From a virus (taxonomy: Duplodnaviria; Caudoviricetes), in IMG/VR virus record IMGVR_UViG_3300040960_002761, positions 1 through 39,770 of that record: a DNA stretch of 39,770 bases; one strand, written 5' to 3'. Of the stretch, positions 33,827 through 39,770 are shown piece after piece (the first letter of the stretch is position 1; each line of letters begins with the position of its first letter). Both the position numbers and the translations under genes were made by a program. Under the pieces are notes generated by a model. That model had not been told where the DNA came from and did not search any database. It saw only the letters and a program-made list of their open reading frames with translations.

Positions 33827-36800
33827 GCTTAGAAATAAATTCTAAAATACAATTAACCCAGTATTTTGGGAGTTCTAATTCTGTAACCATAGCGAATATA
33901 CCCAACATTGCAAACGTCAAGCAAATTTACAAACTTGTCGATGGAAACTACAGAGCTTGGAATCAAGACGGATCAAAAGCATTTCCAACTATTGATTATG
34001 GAGAAGGGTATTTAATTGTATCGGAGGATTCTGCCCCATCTTCATATGTTTTAATTGATGATACAGAATCTCTCCCAAGTACTATAGAAATAAACGCTTC
34101 AATTAACATTGTAAGATATGTTGGTCCCACAGTTGACTTATCTGATCCTGAAAATATAACAAATTTTAAGCAGATATATAAACTTGTTGACGGCAACTAT
34201 AGAGCTTGGAATAAAGACGGATCAAAAGCATTTCCAACACTAGATGACGGTGAAACATATTTAATATTGAGCGAAAACGTTTCTTTTCCATATTTGTTTT
34301 CTTCAATTTCTGATCCAGATTATTTATTAAGACCTTCCCCTAATGGTATAGAAAAAATTAATCTCAGGAGTTTTTCCGTAGAAAGTATAATAGATATTCT
34401 ATCTGGGGTTGATGAATACGCTTTTAGCCTTTATCCAGAAAGGGGCAAAGCCTACGTTGCTTCTTCTGTTGATGGAACCGGCATTTCTGTTATAGACTTA
34501 GATACATCTAAATTAATTTGTCATATATTAACACCAGCAGCTATTAAAAATATCAACAGATATGGTGACAGATTATACGCCACTAGTGAATCTTATCATA
34601 TTTATGAAATTGACTTAAACACAAATAGAATTGTACACACTATTGCGCTTTCTCCAACCACTATAGATATTACATCGGCATTCCAAGATGCAGACTTTTT
34701 GTACGCTCTAGATAGGACAGGAGATAAAGTCTATGTTCTTGCAGAAGAAGAAGAAGAAGTTGCAGATCCTCCACCAGAGCCGCCAGTTCCAACTACTACT
34801 ACAACAATAGCTCCGGGGTATTATTGTATTGGTCCTGCTGAACATATCCCCTTTCCATATCCATGTTTAACTAAAACATACAGGCAAACATGCAACGAAG
34901 ACGTTCCAGAATTTCCATACGTTGAAATATATACGCTAGATAGTCACGTACATAGAATGGAACTGGTCGTTGATACATATGAGTATGGAGATTCCCTTTT
35001 AATTGAATCAATTAGTGAAACTGGCGACATAACAACTCTTGTTAACACGGGTGAGTTTGATGGTAGTGATTTATCGTCTTTTGATAGTTGTCAAGAAATA
35101 TTTGGTAATAAGGCCAGATATTATGAATTTTATAAGCCAGAAGGAATAAGACATCTTCGCATTACGATTACAAGCAATGATCCCAAAAATATGACGGGAC
35201 GATTAACCGGCTTGTCTTATAAGCTTTGCTATCCTTGTTATGGAATACAGTGTCCAGTTGGATATTCTTTATCGCAAATAAGTTGTGAATGTATAGAAGA
35301 TTTAACAACTATACAGCCAACACCACCACCAGATCCACCCGTAACGGATTGTTTACAGCCAGTTACCATAAAGGGGTATGCTTATTATAAAGGCAATGCG
35401 GCAGACGGAACTACTCCTCAACTTATACCAGAAACAAATGTATCTCTATTGCCAGCTAGTTATGGTGGCCATTGTTGTATCAGAGGAGTTTTTACTCCAA
35501 AATTATTCTTTGATGATGGCACTTGTTTATATGCAAATAAGACTATTGATATAAGTAATGTAGATGACCCACGGTGCGGAAGTAGAGAGGATTCTTTTTT
35601 TTTCTACATCCCAGATGGCCTTAAAATAAACGACAACACTCAAATGATGCTTGAGTGTGTTTCTTCATATGTTCCTTCAGATCCAAAATCTGGAGTTTAT
35701 TTACCAGATTGTGAAATATTTCCTATAGATACTAGTCGTTGTCATAGCGGAGTAACTTGGGTTGTATTAACAGCTGAAGATATTTCTACTAATCAACAAA
35801 AAATTATCTTTAGTGATAGCGTAGTTCCAAATACTTTAGATGGTATTGGTTTTGTTTGTGGAACAACTGTGCCACCGACAAATTTGATCAACTGGACACA
35901 GGTGGGAGCAGACATTGACGGTGAAGCGGCTTCTGACTGGAGCGGTCGCTCGGTCGCATTGAGCAGCGACGGCAGTCGTGTTGCTATTGGTGCGCCCTAC
36001 AATAACGTTGCTGGCACAGATGCTGGTCATGTTCGCGTCTACGACTACGATATTGTTAGCTCAACTTGGACTCAGGTTGGTGCTGATATCGACGGCGAAG
36101 CGGCTGGTGACTGGAGCGGCTACTCAGTTGCCATGAGTAGCGACGGCAGTAGGGTTGCTATCGGTGCGAATCAAAACAACGGTACTGGCCCTAGTGCTGG
36201 TCATGTTCGCGTCTATGATCTAGTTGGATCAACGTGGACTCAGGTTGGCGCAGACATCGACGGTGAAGCGGCTGGTGATCTGAGCGGCTACTCAGTTGCC
36301 ATGAGCAGCGACGGCAGTCGCGTTGCAATCGGGGCTTATGGCAACGACGGCACTGGCACAGATGCTGGTCATGTTCGCGTCTACGACTACGATATTGTTA
36401 GCTCAACTTGGACTCAGGTTGGTGCAGACATTGACGGTGAAGCGGCTAACGACGAGAGCGGTTACTCTGTTTCGCTCAGCAGTGACGGCAGCCGGGTTGC
36501 TATCGGGGCTTATTTTAATGACGGCACAGGGACAGATGCTGGTCATGTTCGCGTCTACGACTACGATATTGTTAGCTCAACTTGGACTCAGGTTGGTGCT
36601 GATATCGACGGTGAAGCAGATGGTGATTGGAGCGGCTGGTCAGTTGCCATGAGCAGCGACGGCAACACTGTGGCTATCGGATCCCCACTTAACGACGGCA
36701 AAGGTACTTACTCAGGGCATGTTAGAGTTTACAGTTGGGACGGAGGGGCATGGACTCAGGTGGGTGCAGACATTGACGGTGAAGCGGCTGGTGATCGGAG

Positions 36801-37095
36801 CGGCTACTCAGTTGCCATGAGTAGCGACGGCAGTAGAGTTGCTATCGGTGCAGATGACAACGACGGCAAAGGTACTTACTCAGGGCATGTTAGAGTTTAC
36901 AGTTGGGACGGAGGGGCATGGACTCAGGTGGGTGCAGACATTGACGGTGAAGCGGCTGGTGATCGGAGCGGCTACTCAGTTGCCATGAGTAGCGACGGCA
37001 GTAGGGTTGCTATCGGTGCGAATCAAAACGACGGTACTGGTGTAGATGCTGGTCATGTTCGCGTGTGGGCCACCCACACCACCTTAACAAACTAA
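33823..37095 (+). CDS. 1090-aa multidomain adhesin: duplicated N-module, YVTN-like blades, Cys-rich domains, C-terminal 7-blade FG-GAP-like propeller
   Basis: KQIYKLVDGNYRAWN twice; Pro/Thr linkers; seven WTQVGADIDGEAAGDxSGYSVAMSSDGSRVAIGA repeats. Confidence 0.85.
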   Translation: MSLEINSKIQLTQYFGSSNSVTIANIPNIANVKQIYKLVDGNYRAWNQDGSKAFPTIDYGEGYLIVSEDSAPSSYVLIDDTESLPSTIEINASINIVRYVGPTVDLSDPENITNFKQIYKLVDGNYRAWNKDGSKAFPTLDDGETYLILSENVSFPYLFSSISDPDYLLRPSPNGIEKINLRSFSVESIIDILSGVDEYAFSLYPERGKAYVASSVDGTGISVIDLDTSKLICHILTPAAIKNINRYGDRLYATSESYHIYEIDLNTNRIVHTIALSPTTIDITSAFQDADFLYALDRTGDKVYVLAEEEEEVADPPPEPPVPTTTTTIAPGYYCIGPAEHIPFPYPCLTKTYRQTCNEDVPEFPYVEIYTLDSHVHRMELVVDTYEYGDSLLIESISETGDITTLVNTGEFDGSDLSSFDSCQEIFGNKARYYEFYKPEGIRHLRITITSNDPKNMTGRLTGLSYKLCYPCYGIQCPVGYSLSQISCECIEDLTTIQPTPPPDPPVTDCLQPVTIKGYAYYKGNAADGTTPQLIPETNVSLLPASYGGHCCIRGVFTPKLFFDDGTCLYANKTIDISNVDDPRCGSREDSFFFYIPDGLKINDNTQMMLECVSSYVPSDPKSGVYLPDCEIFPIDTSRCHSGVTWVVLTAEDISTNQQKIIFSDSVVPNTLDGIGFVCGTTVPPTNLINWTQVGADIDGEAASDWSGRSVALSSDGSRVAIGAPYNNVAGTDAGHVRVYDYDIVSSTWTQVGADIDGEAAGDWSGYSVAMSSDGSRVAIGANQNNGTGPSAGHVRVYDLVGSTWTQVGADIDGEAAGDLSGYSVAMSSDGSRVAIGAYGNDGTGTDAGHVRVYDYDIVSSTWTQVGADIDGEAANDESGYSVSLSSDGSRVAIGAYFNDGTGTDAGHVRVYDYDIVSSTWTQVGADIDGEADGDWSGWSVAMSSDGNTVAIGSPLNDGKGTYSGHVRVYSWDGGAWTQVGADIDGEAAGDRSGYSVAMSSDGSRVAIGADDNDGKGTYSGHVRVYSWDGGAWTQVGADIDGEAAGDRSGYSVAMSSDGSRVAIGANQNDGTGVDAGHVRVWATHTTLTN
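35893..37068 (+). repeat. seven coding tandem repeats of ~168-174 nt (FG-GAP-like blades), GC-rich
   Basis: 36691-36851 and 36859-37019 differ at one position; a shared block cagatgctggtcatgttcgcgtctacgactacgatattgttagctcaacttggactcaggttggtgc occurs three times. Confidence 0.95.
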
Positions 37096-37119
37096 ACTAG
37101 TTAAAGGTTTCTTAACAAA

Positions 37120-38340
37120 ATGTCTTCCTGCATATCCCACACTCAGTACAATCCTTTGTTTCAGAAGTTAAATTCTGGACCATATGAAAATCTTAACGTT
37201 TGTGGAATTGCATGTACAACAACTTCTCCACCACCAACGACCGTGCCGCCAACCACCACTTCTGGTCCAACTCCAACCACCACCTCTGGTCCAACCACCA
37301 CTTCTGGTCCAACCACCACCTCTGGTCCAACCACCACTTCTGGTCCAACCACCACCTCTGGTCCAACAACTACCACCCCGCCACCCGGAACTTTTTCCTG
37401 CTACCAAAACTTAAATACTCCTTACAATAATATATGCGTTAATTCGGACACCTACGTTGATACAGTGTATGCATTAATAGGAACTGGCTACACCTCTCTT
37501 GAAGAATGTGTTGATGGTTGTGGAGCCTGTATTCAAGGTTCAGGTACGCCAACCTCTGTTGAATTCGAAACTTTTACAATACCAGATGCTTTACAAGTAT
37601 TCGACAAATGCAATGACCCCTCTCTGTCTAACGCTATTATAGATACTGGACCATTAAGTACTCAAGGAACTCCTTATGTAGCTGGTGATCTTGATATTTG
37701 TCCAGAATGTTTAGCTATATGTGTAACGGCTTCTGGTGTTGGTACTGCTTGGTGGTTTAAGGCTTATGATGCGTTAGGTGGTCTAGTTTTTTCTGAAGCT
37801 GGCGGTTATGAGGGTAATACGCCTGCTTGTTTTGGTCAATCTTGTAACACTACTGGTTATAACTTAACTCACAGTACTTCTGGAGCTTTAAAGGCGTGCG
37901 ACGGATATAGTGGTTACGACTTAAACACATATACTGCTACACTAACATTCTCAAATGGTTTAGTTTCAAACAAGTTTGATTGGATTTCCCCTTATGATGC
38001 TAATCATTTTACTGGATACGATCTTTATACAGCCAAATACGAGGAGAGCGCTATTTTTGATAATGTTTGCGATGCTTTCACCTGTAGTAGATTTAAAGCA
38101 AGAAACTGGATTGTTTTATGTAGCGGAAATATTGTTTGGGATCTAACTGGGATTGCCGCTAGTGGTAAAGACTTTACTTACACCGATGTTGAAGGTAATA
38201 GTGAAACAAGAAATTACGCAGATTGGAGCGAAGATTGCATTGCGCATGAAGGTACATCTATTACCGCTAATTGTAACGCTTCATGTGTTCCCCCATATTA
38301 TTTTAATATTAATCCAACTTACCCAACGTTTCCATCATGA
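37120..38340 (+). CDS. 406-aa Cys-rich protein with a mucin-like (TTTSGP)n stalk
   Basis: Thr/Ser/Pro tandem repeat near the N-terminus; many Cys; FETFTIPDAL..IIDTG domain. Confidence 0.8.
   Translation: MSSCISHTQYNPLFQKLNSGPYENLNVCGIACTTTSPPPTTVPPTTTSGPTPTTTSGPTTTSGPTTTSGPTTTSGPTTTSGPTTTTPPPGTFSCYQNLNTPYNNICVNSDTYVDTVYALIGTGYTSLEECVDGCGACIQGSGTPTSVEFETFTIPDALQVFDKCNDPSLSNAIIDTGPLSTQGTPYVAGDLDICPECLAICVTASGVGTAWWFKAYDALGGLVFSEAGGYEGNTPACFGQSCNTTGYNLTHSTSGALKACDGYSGYDLNTYTATLTFSNGLVSNKFDWISPYDANHFTGYDLYTAKYEESAIFDNVCDAFTCSRFKARNWIVLCSGNIVWDLTGIAASGKDFTYTDVEGNSETRNYADWSEDCIAHEGTSITANCNASCVPPYYFNINPTYPTFPS
37252..37365 (+). repeat. 18-nt coding tandem repeat ACCACCAC(T/C)TCTGGTCCA, six copies
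   Basis: Units start at 37252, 37276, 37294, 37312, 37330 and 37348; one 6-nt ACTCCA insert after the first. Confidence 0.95.
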
Positions 38341-38369
38341 ATTATGAGTAACAACAAGAGGAAAACAAT

Positions 38370-39770
38370 ATGACACATGTACCAGTTTCGGATATAGAAT
38401 TATCTACAGCGGGAAATATGCAAGCTTCTTCGTTAGATGATGCTAATAATTTATTGTATGTTGCTAATGGTCGATATATCTCAATAATAAATACAGCAAC
38501 TCAACTTGAAATAGAAACAATAGATTGTTCAGAAACAAGTTCAGGTAGTAGTCAAGTTCAAGATATTTTAGTAGATAGCATCAGAAACAAATTATACATT
38601 ACCGCAGGCTACTATTTTCTTGTTTATGATTTATCTACAGCTAGCTTCACGACACAGCTTGGGCCAATGAATTCAGAGGGTTTAAACATACTCCACAAAA
38701 TTATTATTCATGAATCTGAGAACAAGATATATGTTCAAGATAGATATAACAGAATTGGGGCCATTAACATAGCAGACTATAGTTTTATTGAAACTATTTC
38801 TGGTTCTCTATATACAACGTCTTTGCAATACCGAAATGCAGGAATATATGACGAAGATGTTCGCGTCACAACAACAACTACGCGAAGCCCCAACTCAGAA
38901 TACTTATTGTTATCTGCTAATTCTGAATCTAGCAATGTGTCTATTTTTGATACACTTTCTGATACACGTTTAGATATACTTACCGGTTCTAGCACTTATC
39001 CACAACGGATTGCATATCACTCAGCCAACAGACTTGCCTATGTAACAAATTACGATAGCAACAAAATTAGCATACTTGACATTGATACAAACTCAATAAA
39101 CAATACTATTACAGTCCCAAGGGGTATATCTGATATTGTTATAGATGAGTCTACAAATATTATGTTTGCTATCAATAGTTTAGATAACACGATGTTAACA
39201 ATAAATCTTACAGGCAATAGTACATTCAATACCATCGACTTAAACTTAAGACCAATTAGATTGTTTCATGCTCCAAGTCTTGGGGCTATTTTTATATCAG
39301 CTTCTGATAGTAGCGACGGAGTAACAGATCATAGAATACTAATTTTAAATACTTCCTCTTTTGAATTATCAACTTGGCTATTTCGTCCAGCAACCCAAAC
39401 CTGTGAACCATTTACTTTGCATTATTATGAAAACATAGTTGATTTAATTCCAAAAAAGACTTTATACGTAGCCTCTCCAGAATGTAACGTTCTTTATAGA
39501 TACGAAAGAGATGAAAACTATGATTTATTTACATCTTCTTTGTCAATTAGATACAAGGAAGCAATATCAGTTGGTGGAATTTATGACATTTTAGTTTCTA
39601 GTCAAAATAATCTATTATATATTTCATCACAATCTGAGGATAAAATCTATGTTGTTAATCCAAATGATATTAGTGAAGAATACTTCAAAATACCAGTATC
39701 AGCAGGCCCAGCCTCTCTATCTTTAGATGAAAATGACAACAGGCTTTATGTTAGCCACCCGCTTACCAAT
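38370..39770 (+). CDS. YVTN/YncE-type beta-propeller protein, 3'-truncated by the window (absent from the ORF track because there is no stop)
   Basis: GAGG SD and ATG 38370; reads MTHVPVSDIEL..LLYVANG..ISIINTAT..LAYVTNYDSNKISILDIDTNSINNTITV. Confidence 0.85.
   Translation, partial: MTHVPVSDIELSTAGNMQASSLDDANNLLYVANGRYISIINTATQLEIETIDCSETSSGSSQVQDILVDSIRNKLYITAGYYFLVYDLSTASFTTQLGPMNSEGLNILHKIIIHESENKIYVQDRYNRIGAINIADYSFIETISGSLYTTSLQYRNAGIYDEDVRVTTTTTRSPNSEYLLLSANSESSNVSIFDTLSDTRLDILTGSSTYPQRIAYHSANRLAYVTNYDSNKISILDIDTNSINNTITVPRGISDIVIDESTNIMFAINSLDNTMLTINLTGNSTFNTIDLNLRPIRLFHAPSLGAIFISASDSSDGVTDHRILILNTSSFELSTWLFRPATQTCEPFTLHYYENIVDLIPKKTLYVASPECNVLYRYERDENYDLFTSSLSIRYKEAISVGGIYDILVSSQNNLLYISSQSEDKIYVVNPNDISEEYFKIPVSAGPASLSLDENDNRLYVSHPLTN

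Noticed and set aside
35893-37068. Diversity-generating retroelement TR/VR pair
   Set aside because: No reverse transcriptase in the window; the repeats are tandem coding blades and the differences are not adenine-specific
37161-37430. Four overlapping repetitive ORFs (VVVGPE, TRGGGW, QPPPLV, NHHLWS)
   Set aside because: Alternative frames of the stop-free 18-nt repeat; only the TTTSGP frame belongs to a long gene
1-39770. tRNA, rRNA, integrase, IS elements, alternative genetic code, firm host assignment
   Set aside because: None recognised; genes read through cleanly in code 11 with TAA, TAG and TGA all used as stops; nothing in the window fixes the host taxon

Overview
This window is an AT-rich dsDNA tailed-phage (Caudoviricetes) segment covering the early/late switch and the morphogenesis region; the host cannot be identified from sequence alone. 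The first ~490 nt hold leftward small genes, each with a near-consensus sigma70 promoter, plus a perfect sigma54 box. From 736 on, every real gene is on the + strand, in this order: a short phage sigma factor; a TerS-like coiled-coil gene; a translationally coupled glycan-modification cassette (PAPS sulfotransferase, two SAM methyltransferases, GT32 glycosyltransferase, GDP-mannose 4,6-dehydratase); HNH and ERCC4 nucleases; a ClpP-like protease; terminase; portal; a protease/scaffold gene with a nested start; decoration protein; major capsid protein; then ~25 kb of modular fibre/adhesin genes. The main hypotheses are: (1) a phage-encoded sulfated/methylated glycan pathway that may decorate Thr/Pro mucin-like linkers of virion beta-propeller adhesins; (2) a 23-nt sequence conserved at the DNA level at module junctions of a 2131-aa fibre, suggesting module shuffling; (3) a recurring intergenic GTGTATA element that may be read by the region-4-truncated phage sigma; (4) a GC-rich, homogenised 7-blade FG-GAP propeller with localized variable residues. 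All calls are by-eye motif recognition; no database searches were run.
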